The notes under the pieces are model-generated. The model saw nothing but the letters and a program-made list of their open reading frames with translations, did not search any database and was not told where the DNA came from. Shown here piece after piece: positions 9,664 through 18,702 of a DNA stretch of 64,000 bases; the stretch's first letter is position 1, and every line of letters starts with the position of its first letter. Origin of the DNA: a bacterium. Its GTDB lineage: Bacteria; UBP6; UBA1177. The stretch lies in contig JAGCXM010000005.1 in NCBI GenBank assembly GCA_017961325.1, forward strand, positions 16,052 through 80,051, given 5' to 3'. The translations under genes were made by a program, and so were the position numbers.

Positions 9664-9691
9664 ATTATAATGATTTGCAAAAAAAGAGCAA
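9664..9691 (-). promoter_or_regulatory. sigma70-like promoter (TTGCTC-N16-TATAAT)
   Basis: Perfect -10 upstream of the 9627 ATG. Confidence 0.55.
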
Positions 9692-9798
9692 TTTAATGTT
9701 GAATAGAGATTTCTGTGCAAAATTTCGGGTGATTTCCCTCCTTGACTCTGCATGTATAAAAAATAAACTAATCAGTTTTTAATTCTTCGGAGATACAC

Positions 9799-9957
9799 AT
9801 GTCCGGATGCTTAAAATTATTTTTGGTTTTCTTGGTTTTGCTCCTATTTGTTTCCTCTTCATACTCAAACGTGATTGGGAATGTTACTGTAAAGAAACAG
9901 GAATTTGTCCGTTGGAAGAATAAAAATTTCGGCAGAAGCCGAAGAAAACGATTATGA
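9799..9957 (+). CDS. candidate small hydrophobic protein (52 aa); an overlapping 38-aa ORF lies at 9807-9923
   Basis: Promoter TTGACT-N16-TAAACT at 9742-9769; GGAG 6 nt before the ATG; MSGCLKLFLVFLVLLLFVSSSYS...RSRRKRL. Confidence 0.4.
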   Translation: MSGCLKLFLVFLVLLLFVSSSYSNVIGNVTVKKQEFVRWKNKNFGRSRRKRL

Positions 9958-10014
9958 TTTAAGTGAAATAAATTTATTTTTTGGTTATTGTTCGCAAGGA
10001 GGTGATTTTTCACA

Positions 10015-12129
10015 ATGGCAAGATTCGTTGTCACAGAAAACGGAGGCTTTCTTGAAATCGAGCCTGAGGACTTAGGGCTGAGTTCCGACTTTTCGGAATA
10101 CGACTTTCCTGAACTCGACAGTTCCGAGCGGGAACGTTACAACGAGCTGAAATCGGTCATAAAAAGCATCGAAGAGCGTGTTACGCCGGTTTCAAAATTC
10201 AAAATCGGCGAAATCGAGCAGATTTATAAAAATCAGCTGAATCAGGCACAGGCCGATGCCGTTTTTGCAACGGAAGGTCCGGTTTTGGTTATTGCCGGAG
10301 CAGGAAGCGGAAAGACGCGGACGATTGTTTACCGGACAGCTTACATGCTGCAGAAGGGGATTTCCCCCGAATCGATTCTGCTTCTCACTTTTACGAGACG
10401 CGCCGCAGGAGAGATGACCGACCGCGTGAACAAGCTCATAGGTTCGGCACTCGCCGACAGGATCACGGCCGGAACATTCCACAGTTTTGCAAATCTTCAG
10501 CTCAGGAAATACGGGCGTTTCATCGGTATCATGCCGAATTTCACGATATGCGATACCGTCGATTCAGCCGATATGATGGACCTCATAAAAAACAAGCTCG
10601 ACATAAAGAAAAACGGCAAGACGATGCCTAAGAAAGGGACTATTGCAGAGATCATCAGCCGTTCGCGCAACCACCTCAAACCTATATCCGAAGTTATAGA
10701 AGGGTATTACTGCAAATATATTGATTTTATTGATGAAATAAACCAGATTGCAGAGCTCTACGCACAGTATAAGGCCGAAAGGAATCTACTTGATTATGAC
10801 GATCTCCTGGAAAAATTCATGCAGCTGCTCGAAAGTTCGCCCGAAGTTTTGGAAAAGCTGCAGAACCGCTACAGATACGTGATGGTTGACGAATATCAGG
10901 ATACAAATGTATTTCAGGGCAAGATCGCCGATCTCATTGCACAAAAAAGCCGTAACATTATGGTCGTCGGTGACGATTCGCAGAGCATTTACGCTTTCAG
11001 AGGAGCGAATTTCGAAAACATTCTCCGTTTTCCGCAGAAGTGGGAGGATGCGCGTCTTATCAAACTTTTCAGAAACTACCGTTCGGAAAGGGCTTTGCTT
11101 GACTACACCAATGAAATCATTAATAATTTTTATGTCTCATACGAAAAAGCGCTCGTCTCGAATATCGATCGGACATGCGTGAAACCGGTTGTCAGAAGGT
11201 TCGAATCAGCTGAAAAGGAGGGCGAATTCGTTGCTGATGAAATCGAAAAACTGCTTGAAAGCCGCATCAGACCTGAAGAGATCGCAGTGCTTTACCGTTC
11301 GAGTTTTCACGCGAATTTCATTCAGACCGCACTTTTGAAAAGAGGGATAGAGTTTGCCGTTTTCGGCGGAGTGAAATTTATGGAAAGGCGGCACATCAAG
11401 GACGTTCTGAGCTATCTCAAAGTCGTGCAGAACAGAAGCGATTCCGTTGCCCTCAACAGGATTTTCAAGCTCGTTCCCGGAGTCGGTGCTGCAACTGCCG
11501 CAAAAATTGCTGAAGGTTACGCTGCAGAAGGCGCCGGAGTTTTGAAAAAATACGCCAAAAAGAAATATTATGAAGATCTGGAAAAACTCTGCGATATGCT
11601 TGAATCGGCTTCAAACGATGAACTTAAAATAAGTGAAGTGCTTAAAATCGTTATGGATTTTTACAAGCCCGTTCTTGAGGAACTTGAAGAGGACAGCGAT
11701 GACAGAATGAAGGATTTTTCGGTTCTTGTCCAACTTGCCTCAGCTTATTCGGAACTTGAAAAATTCCTTGCAGATTTCGCACTCGATCCGCCCGATTCGC
11801 AGCTTAATTCCTCAAAAGTCGCGGCAAATCCGGCTGAAAACGGAAACAAGGTCGTTCTTTCGACGATTCACAGCGCGAAAGGGCTTGAATGGGACAGCGT
11901 TTTCGTGATAAATCTCTGCGAAGGAGCCTTCCCCGCTGAAAAATCGGTCACGAAAATCGACGATCTGGAAGAGGAACGGAGGCTTTTTTACGTCGCATGC
12001 TCTAGAGCGAAATCGAGGCTTTATCTCACTTATCCGCAGCAGAGAAACATGTACGGCAGATTCAATGCCGGTGTTTTGCCGAGCAGGTTTCTGGCGGAAA
12101 TCGGCAGGTCTTTTTACGAATTTTCCTAA
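10015..12129 (+). CDS. UvrD/PcrA family ATP-dependent DNA helicase
   Basis: AGAGSGKT, LLTFTRRAA, VDEYQD, VGDDSQSIYAFRGA, TIHSAKGLEW, EEERRLFYVA. Confidence 0.95.
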   Translation: MARFVVTENGGFLEIEPEDLGLSSDFSEYDFPELDSSERERYNELKSVIKSIEERVTPVSKFKIGEIEQIYKNQLNQAQADAVFATEGPVLVIAGAGSGKTRTIVYRTAYMLQKGISPESILLLTFTRRAAGEMTDRVNKLIGSALADRITAGTFHSFANLQLRKYGRFIGIMPNFTICDTVDSADMMDLIKNKLDIKKNGKTMPKKGTIAEIISRSRNHLKPISEVIEGYYCKYIDFIDEINQIAELYAQYKAERNLLDYDDLLEKFMQLLESSPEVLEKLQNRYRYVMVDEYQDTNVFQGKIADLIAQKSRNIMVVGDDSQSIYAFRGANFENILRFPQKWEDARLIKLFRNYRSERALLDYTNEIINNFYVSYEKALVSNIDRTCVKPVVRRFESAEKEGEFVADEIEKLLESRIRPEEIAVLYRSSFHANFIQTALLKRGIEFAVFGGVKFMERRHIKDVLSYLKVVQNRSDSVALNRIFKLVPGVGAATAAKIAEGYAAEGAGVLKKYAKKKYYEDLEKLCDMLESASNDELKISEVLKIVMDFYKPVLEELEEDSDDRMKDFSVLVQLASAYSELEKFLADFALDPPDSQLNSSKVAANPAENGNKVVLSTIHSAKGLEWDSVFVINLCEGAFPAEKSVTKIDDLEEERRLFYVACSRAKSRLYLTYPQQRNMYGRFNAGVLPSRFLAEIGRSFYEFS

Positions 12130-12212
12130 TTATCTTTATATTTTTAAAAAATTTGAGTATTTAATATTGCTGAGTAGTATGAAGCGTTTGTTTTTGAAGT
12201 GGTTTTTTTTGC

Positions 12213-13442
12213 ATGGTTTCTGCGGGATTGGAAAATAAGAATCTTCTTCTCATAGTTTCCGGCGGAATTGCGGCCTATAAATCGGTTTTTCTTCTGAGGA
12301 AACTTGTTAAATCCGGTGCTTCAGTTCAGGTTGTTGGAACTGCCAACTCATTGAATTTTATAGGAAAATCTACCTGGGAAGCGCTTTCCGGCAAAACTCC
12401 GCTATTCGATTCTTTCGAAACTTTCGATTCATCGAAAATAACCCACATCACGCTTGCTCAGGATGTTGACGCCGTTATCGTCGCGCCTGCTACGGCGAAT
12501 ATCATTGCAAAAGCATCATGCGGAATAGCGGACGATCTTGCTTCGACGATTCTTGCTGCGGCAACCGTGCCTGTTCTTTTCGCTCCGGCGATGAATACGG
12601 CCATGTTCGGGAACCCTGCAAATCTTGAAAATATCGAACGGCTGAAAAAACGGAAAAACGTTTTTTTCGCCGAGCCTGAAAGCGGTTGCCTTGCATGCGG
12701 AACGGTCGGAAAGGGGAGAATGGTCGAACCTGAGGAGATTATTTTCAAACTTGATGAAATTTTTTACCCGCTGAAACGAAGCGGCGTGAAATGGCTTGTT
12801 ACGGGCGGTGCGACACGGGAATATCTTGATCCGGTGAGGTTCGTTACGAACGGTTCTTCGGGAAAAACCGGTTTCGCAGTTTCGGAAGCTGCTTTCAAAA
12901 CCGGGGGGGATGTTACTTTCGTCGGCGTCAACGCAGAACCTTCGTTTAATCCGGGATATTCGGTCGTCAAAACGGTTACAGCTGCAGAAACGGCCGGAAC
13001 CGTTGAAAAATATGTGAAAAATGCCGATATTTTCGTTATGAGTGCTGCGATTGCCGACTATTCTCCGGAAAAAAGCGGACAGAAAATCAAAAAAGGGGAA
13101 GAATCACTTTCTGTAGAATTTTTCAGGACTTCGGACATTCTTGCCGAATCGGTGAAGTGGACGAAACCGGATGCAGTACGTATCGGTTTCGCAGCCGAGA
13201 CTGAAAATCTCGAAGAAAACGCGCGGAAAAAACTCGAAAGGAAAAATCTCGATTTCGTTGTAGCAAATCTTGTATCTTCGGAGTTCAATCCTTTCGGGGC
13301 GGATACCAACTCCGTCAGAATCGTTTTTGCAGACCGCATTGAAGAATTTGAAAACATAACAAAGACTCAACTTGCAGATATTATTGTAGAATATGCTCTG
13401 AAAACATATGAGGTGAAACACAATGAACGAAAGAACAGGTGA
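12213..13442 (+). CDS. coaBC: bifunctional phosphopantothenoylcysteine decarboxylase/ligase
   Basis: SGGIAAYK, APATANIIAK, APAMN, LACG..GKGRM, TREYLDPVRFVTNGSSGK, GFAAET. Confidence 0.96.
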   Translation: MVSAGLENKNLLLIVSGGIAAYKSVFLLRKLVKSGASVQVVGTANSLNFIGKSTWEALSGKTPLFDSFETFDSSKITHITLAQDVDAVIVAPATANIIAKASCGIADDLASTILAAATVPVLFAPAMNTAMFGNPANLENIERLKKRKNVFFAEPESGCLACGTVGKGRMVEPEEIIFKLDEIFYPLKRSGVKWLVTGGATREYLDPVRFVTNGSSGKTGFAVSEAAFKTGGDVTFVGVNAEPSFNPGYSVVKTVTAAETAGTVEKYVKNADIFVMSAAIADYSPEKSGQKIKKGEESLSVEFFRTSDILAESVKWTKPDAVRIGFAAETENLEENARKKLERKNLDFVVANLVSSEFNPFGADTNSVRIVFADRIEEFENITKTQLADIIVEYALKTYEVKHNERKNR

Positions 13443-13866
13443 CAGAAATCTCACTTCGACGCAGGAAGATTATCTTGAAGCGATACTTGAACTTACCGCT
13501 GAAAGAGCCGTCGCCAGAAATATGGAGCTTTCGAGCAAACTCGGCGTCCGCCGCGCAACAGTCACGAGAGCGTTGAAACTTCTGACGCAGAAAGGGCTTG
13601 TCAACCACGAGATGAACGGATATGTCACTTTAACCGAAGAAGGGAAGGTCATTGCGCAGGATATTCTTGCGAGACACGAGCTTTTCAAACATTTTTTCAG
13701 AGACATTCTCAATCTGGAAGAAGACGAAGCGGATGAAATCGCATGCAAAATCGAACATACGGTTTCGGGAAACGCTTTGAATAAGTTCAGACTTTTTATA
13801 AAACGTGCAGATGAATGCGAGGGCAAGTGCCCGAATTCATTGAAGTTAAAGAAAGAAGAGGCTTGA
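13423..13866 (+). CDS. DtxR/MntR family metal-dependent transcriptional regulator
   Basis: EDYLEAI, HTH region, LTEEG, RHE, ACKIEH. Confidence 0.92.
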   Translation: MNERTGDRNLTSTQEDYLEAILELTAERAVARNMELSSKLGVRRATVTRALKLLTQKGLVNHEMNGYVTLTEEGKVIAQDILARHELFKHFFRDILNLEEDEADEIACKIEHTVSGNALNKFRLFIKRADECEGKCPNSLKLKKEEA

Positions 13867-13867
13867 T

Positions 13868-14530
13868 TTGCTGGATAAGGATTTTCTGCCGGGCGACATC
13901 ATACTCATGAAAGGCGATTTTTCACCGTATTTTTTTCTGATAAAGCGCGGACGCGTTAAATTCGACAACGGAAAAGAGACTTTTTTCCTTTCGGAAGATG
14001 ATTTCTTCGGCGAGGAAGGATGTTTCTTAGGAAAATCTGCAGATTTTACTTCTGCGGTCTGTGAAGAAACCCTGCTCCAGCTTATGGAAAAAGACGAGGC
14101 TGAACAATTCATTAATGAAAACGGACAGTTGGCGTTTAAACTCTTTGTTAAAAATGCCGCTAAGACATATGAATCGGAAGAACCTTTGACGCCGCAGAGT
14201 CCGCAGCACATCAGACTTGTTGCCGGAATTCTGCCCTATGTCCTTGAAAAAAACGGTGAAAAGCCTGAGTTTGCAGCTGAAATAGATTTCGAAACGCTGG
14301 CGTCACAGCTCGAACTTTCAAACGACAAGCTCTTGAATCTGTTCGAACTTTCAAAAGAATTCGGCTATGCGGCGTTCTCAGACGGGCAGATTTTTTCATG
14401 CGGCAGGGACAAACTGGTTTCCCTTTTGAAAGATTACGACCGTAAGGAGGTTTTTGCCGGAATCGGAGGAGAGACGGGGCTCGGAACTTTCTCCTGTTTT
14501 AACATTTTAGACGATAAGACAAATATATAA
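13868..14530 (+). CDS. cyclic-nucleotide-binding domain (Crp/Fnr-like) protein, degenerate
   Basis: F..GDII..KGD..YFFLIKRGRVK, DFFGE; C-terminal HTH-like ETLASQLEL; TTG start. Confidence 0.65.
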   Translation: MLDKDFLPGDIILMKGDFSPYFFLIKRGRVKFDNGKETFFLSEDDFFGEEGCFLGKSADFTSAVCEETLLQLMEKDEAEQFINENGQLAFKLFVKNAAKTYESEEPLTPQSPQHIRLVAGILPYVLEKNGEKPEFAAEIDFETLASQLELSNDKLLNLFELSKEFGYAAFSDGQIFSCGRDKLVSLLKDYDRKEVFAGIGGETGLGTFSCFNILDDKTNI

Positions 14531-14549
14531 ACAATTCAGAGGTGTTGAA

Positions 14550-17500
14550 ATGAAAATTGTATGTTCAAAATGTAACACAAGCTACCAGATAGACGATTCA
14601 CGGATTCCCGAAAAGGGGCTTCTGGTGAAATGTTCGGCTTGTCAGAACAAATTCAGAGTTTTTCTTGAAAAGGAAGACGAAGGGGATTCGAAGGATCCGG
14701 ATCTTCTTGAATCTGAAAAAAGCGAACCGAAGGAATCGACCGAATCCGGCATCAAGGAAGAGTCTGTTCAGGAAGAGATTCAGGAAAAACCGGTTGATTT
14801 CAGTGCCGGCAGCGAAGCTCAGTTAGATAAAAAAGAGGAAAAATCCGATATCGATTTTTCAAATGACCGCTTTGATTCCGATGACGAACTTTTTGCCGAC
14901 GATGCTTCCAGTAATTCTAATGAAAAACTTGATTTCGACGATCTGTTTTCTGATGCTCCTGCTTCCTCCGGAACTTCAGCGAAAACTTCCGGCAACAGTG
15001 CGAAAAACCTTTTTGATGACGATGAAGGCGATGATTTGTTCAGCGATCTTTCGGATGACATAAAGAAAAAGAAGAATGATGCCGAAGACTTTTTGAAAGA
15101 ACTTTTTGATGGAAATCCGGAGCCGTCGGTTGCATCTCAGACTGTTTTTTTTAAAAACAGAAAAACAGGCAAAATAACGGGTCCGGTCGAAGAATCTCAG
15201 GTAGACCGGCTTATGATGAGCGGCGAAATTTCGGAGGACGACGACATCAGCTATGACGGCGTTAACTGGGACAGTGATTCCGCTAAAGGAGCGGAAAAAT
15301 CTGATTTCGAAGATGAAAAAATAGACGATAATTTCGGCAGCGTTCTGTTTGAAGAGGGAACGATGATTCACAAAGGCGATGCCGAAGAGATAGATTTGAG
15401 CGGTTCGGACGAAGGTGACAATGTCGATCATGTCTACATTCCGGATGAATTCAGCGAATCCGGTGCAGGAAAACATAAAAAGGCGGCGAAGAAGGGCAAA
15501 GGTCGCGGCAATTCGATTCTTTTTTATGCCGGAACGACAGTTGCAACTATCGCGATTCTTGCGATTATCGGCGGCGGAGCCTACTATTTTTACGCAAAAC
15601 GCAGCAATTCTGCGGATATTCTCGACAACATCAGCGAGCAGATTGCGGTAAATACGGGAACTTTGGCCGATGTCCGCGAAGCTTTGGACAAAGATACGCC
15701 GGAAGACTACATGAACAGTATCGGAATCCTGAAACAGTACATAAAACCTGATGATTCCGCTCCTAGTGCGGTCGGTCTTGACGGCCAGGTCAAGATGAAT
15801 CTTCTGATTTCATACAACAGAAGGATTGAATCTTCGGCTTCGATAGACGACAAAATCACGACCGCTATGAAAAAGGCGGCCGGAAATGCCGATCTCATCA
15901 AGGCAAAGGCACTTTATCTCTACGATCAGAAACAATACGACGAAGCGGCGGCTCTTCTGCAGCCTCTCATCGACAAGAGCGATCAGGAGGTTTTCTATAT
16001 TTTAGGTTTGATTGCAAGCGGAAAACAGGATCTTGAAAAGGCGGAGAACTTCTTCAATACCGGTTTCATTCAGGGCGGCGGAAAAAGCGTTAAAATCATG
16101 TATGCTCTGGCAAATATGAAGTTCCAGAACGGCGATACGCAGTCTGCGATGGCTTTCATCAACAGAATCATTTCCGAAGCGCCGAATTACATGAAGGCTT
16201 ATCTTCTGAAGTCGAGAATTTTGATGAACGGCGACATTGAAGAAGCAGACAGATTTTTGAAAGGAGTCGATACAAACATCGTCGCTAAGGCGGAAGACTT
16301 CCAAAAAGCTGAATATTATCAGATGCTTGCATCTATAGCAAACAGGCGCGGATTTATGAAGGACGCGATAAAATATTATGAAAAAGCGGTTGAAATCAAC
16401 CAGAACGATACCGATGCCATAACGAAAATCGCCGATTTCTACGTTCAGATTTCAGATTCGACGAAGGCGATGGAATATTACGACATGGCTTTGAAGCTTG
16501 ATCCGAAATATTCTGCGGCGATCATCGGAAAAACCGAAGTTTATGTTCTTCTTTCCCAAAAGGAAAAGATTTATCTCGAACTTGCAAAACTTGACCTTAA
16601 AACTCTGACCAATCCGCAGCTTCTGGCGCGCGTTGCGAAAATTTATTCCAACATCGGTGATAAGACAAAGGCGCTGGAATTCTACGATCTGGCGATAAAG
16701 TCTGATTCGTCCTATCTTGAGTCTTATATAGCCAAGTCTCAGATTTTACTGATGGATTTCAATAAGGTTAAAGAACTTGATCAGATTCTGGTCGTTCTTG
16801 AAAAATTGGGGAAGGACCGTTACCCGTATCATTTGATTAAGGCTATTATCGACCACAAAAACGCTGATTACAAGAGTGCGGCGGAACATTTTAGACTTGC
16901 GGAAGAGAAAAATTCCGCAGGTGACGAAAGAGTCTACTTCTTTTACGGTGAATTTTTGAAGGATCAGCAGAGGTATGCCGAAGCGTCGGCCATGCTTTAC
17001 CGCGCATACAAAGTCGATCCGGAGAATTACGATTATATGCAGTCGTATGTCGACAGCCTTGAAAAGGAGGGAAAATGGAAAAACATTATTTCGCTGCTTG
17101 AATCTAAAACTTTTATTGAAAAGAGAAAATACAGAAGCTATTCGTCTCTTGCAAATGCCTATTTCCACGTCAAAGAATACGATAAGGCCGTTGCAAGCAT
17201 CGATCATGCTCTTGAACTCAGCTCGCAGAACAGTTCCAATTACTATTTGAAAGCGAAAATTCTCTATACGATGGGGCGTTATGCCGACGCTGAAAAAGAG
17301 ATTGACACCGCTGTCGTTCTCGATATGAAAAATTTCGACAACTATATGCTTTATGCGAGAATTCTTTCGAAACGCGGCGATTTCAAGGGAGCAGTCGAGA
17401 AAATCGAAGCTGCGGAAAAACTTGATCCGCATGATCAGGATCTTCTGCTTATGAAAGGCGTCATCTACAAAAATCTGGATGATTACAGGAACGCATTGAA

Positions 17501-18194
17501 GTATTTCAACAGAGTCACTAACAAGTCACTGAAAAAAGAGGCCTATCTTGAAATCGGAGAAAGCTATCTCCAGCTGGGCAGACGAAAAGAGGCTTTGGAA
17601 TATTTAAGGAAAGCTGAAAGGTCCGGCAACCGTGCCGCTGAAAAACACATCGCCAGCATTCTTTACGAAAACGGTAAAACCGATCAGGCGATAAGTTATT
17701 TCAAGAAAGTTCTCCGTCATAACAAAAACGACGTCGAGGTTATGAGACAGCTTGGCTACATTTATAAAGAACGCGAAGAGTTGACGAAAGCGCTTTCCTA
17801 CTTCAAGCTTTATCTCAAAAAGGTATCCGATTACAACGAAAGAAAGATGATAGAAAACGAGGTCTATTACATTCAGCAGAATCTTCCGCAGGGAAAAACT
17901 GTAAAAGGTGCGGCGCCGGAAGATCCGGAGAAAAACGAACCGTCGGATGTAAATTCGGATAAAAACGAATCTGATGATTTAAATTCGGAGAAAGATGAAT
18001 CGGCAGATGTAAATTCGGAGGCGAAAGAGCTTTACGAAGAAGGGCTGAATTTGAAGGACGGAGACCCTGAGGAGGCGAAGAGCTTTTTTCAGGAAGTTCT
18101 GAAAATCGCTCCGAAAAACAGCGAATACTACCAGAAAGCCCTTAAAGCTCTGAACCAGCTTGATGAAAAACAGGAAAAATCCGGGGAAAAATAA
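14550..18194 (+). CDS. zinc-ribbon (MJ0042-type) / GYF-like / transmembrane / multi-TPR protein
   Basis: CSKC...IPEKGLLVKCSAC; acidic linker; TGPVEESQVDRLMMSGEI..DDISYDGVNW; one TM helix; long TPR array. Confidence 0.85.
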   Translation: MKIVCSKCNTSYQIDDSRIPEKGLLVKCSACQNKFRVFLEKEDEGDSKDPDLLESEKSEPKESTESGIKEESVQEEIQEKPVDFSAGSEAQLDKKEEKSDIDFSNDRFDSDDELFADDASSNSNEKLDFDDLFSDAPASSGTSAKTSGNSAKNLFDDDEGDDLFSDLSDDIKKKKNDAEDFLKELFDGNPEPSVASQTVFFKNRKTGKITGPVEESQVDRLMMSGEISEDDDISYDGVNWDSDSAKGAEKSDFEDEKIDDNFGSVLFEEGTMIHKGDAEEIDLSGSDEGDNVDHVYIPDEFSESGAGKHKKAAKKGKGRGNSILFYAGTTVATIAILAIIGGGAYYFYAKRSNSADILDNISEQIAVNTGTLADVREALDKDTPEDYMNSIGILKQYIKPDDSAPSAVGLDGQVKMNLLISYNRRIESSASIDDKITTAMKKAAGNADLIKAKALYLYDQKQYDEAAALLQPLIDKSDQEVFYILGLIASGKQDLEKAENFFNTGFIQGGGKSVKIMYALANMKFQNGDTQSAMAFINRIISEAPNYMKAYLLKSRILMNGDIEEADRFLKGVDTNIVAKAEDFQKAEYYQMLASIANRRGFMKDAIKYYEKAVEINQNDTDAITKIADFYVQISDSTKAMEYYDMALKLDPKYSAAIIGKTEVYVLLSQKEKIYLELAKLDLKTLTNPQLLARVAKIYSNIGDKTKALEFYDLAIKSDSSYLESYIAKSQILLMDFNKVKELDQILVVLEKLGKDRYPYHLIKAIIDHKNADYKSAAEHFRLAEEKNSAGDERVYFFYGEFLKDQQRYAEASAMLYRAYKVDPENYDYMQSYVDSLEKEGKWKNIISLLESKTFIEKRKYRSYSSLANAYFHVKEYDKAVASIDHALELSSQNSSNYYLKAKILYTMGRYADAEKEIDTAVVLDMKNFDNYMLYARILSKRGDFKGAVEKIEAAEKLDPHDQDLLLMKGVIYKNLDDYRNALKYFNRVTNKSLKKEAYLEIGESYLQLGRRKEALEYLRKAERSGNRAAEKHIASILYENGKTDQAISYFKKVLRHNKNDVEVMRQLGYIYKEREELTKALSYFKLYLKKVSDYNERKMIENEVYYIQQNLPQGKTVKGAAPEDPEKNEPSDVNSDKNESDDLNSEKDESADVNSEAKELYEEGLNLKDGDPEEAKSFFQEVLKIAPKNSEYYQKALKALNQLDEKQEKSGEK
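17946..18020 (+). repeat. in-frame 30-bp degenerate tandem repeat (DVNSDKNESD/DLNSEKDESA/DVNSE)
   Basis: gat(g/t)taaattcgga recurs at 17946, 17976 and 18006. Confidence 0.8.
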
Positions 18195-18682
18195 TGTCAA
18201 AATCGGCGATTTATCCCGGAAGTTTCGATCCTTTCACGCTCGGACATCTCGATATCGTCCAGCGGGCTTTGAAAATTTTTGACAAAATCTACATTGCAAT
18301 CGGTGAAAACCGAAGCAAAACGAACCTTTTTACTCCGAAGGAACGCAAGCTGCAGATTGAGGAGATTTTTCAGGATAATCCGGCGATAACGGTGGTGATT
18401 TTCGATGATCTGCTTGTCGATTTCGCGCGCCAGGTCAATGTTTTTACGGTAATAAGAGGGCTGCGTGCCGTGTCGGATTTCGAGTATGAATTTCTTATGG
18501 CTTCGACGAACCGCGCGATGGAGCAGGAAATAGAGTCGGTCTTTTTTATGACTTCCGACAGGTATTCTTTTCTTTCGTCAAGCATCGTGAAGGAAGTTGC
18601 GTCGAAAAACACTTCCTATCTTTCGCATTTCGTCACTCCCAATGTCGAAAAAGCCCTGTGCGGGAAATTCCGTCTGATGTAA
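18194..18682 (+). CDS. coaD: pantetheine-phosphate adenylyltransferase
   Basis: AIYPGSFDPFTLGHLDI, IRGLRAVSDFEYE, LSSSIVKEVA. Confidence 0.97.
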   Translation: MSKSAIYPGSFDPFTLGHLDIVQRALKIFDKIYIAIGENRSKTNLFTPKERKLQIEEIFQDNPAITVVIFDDLLVDFARQVNVFTVIRGLRAVSDFEYEFLMASTNRAMEQEIESVFFMTSDRYSFLSSSIVKEVASKNTSYLSHFVTPNVEKALCGKFRLM

Positions 18683-18702
18683 TTTGAGTTTCCGGAGTCT
18701 TA

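Noticed and set aside
9768-10034. 88-aa minus-strand ORF overlapping the uvrD start
   Set aside because: Promoter, RBS and hairpin signals favour the plus-strand small ORFs; no RBS seen for this one.
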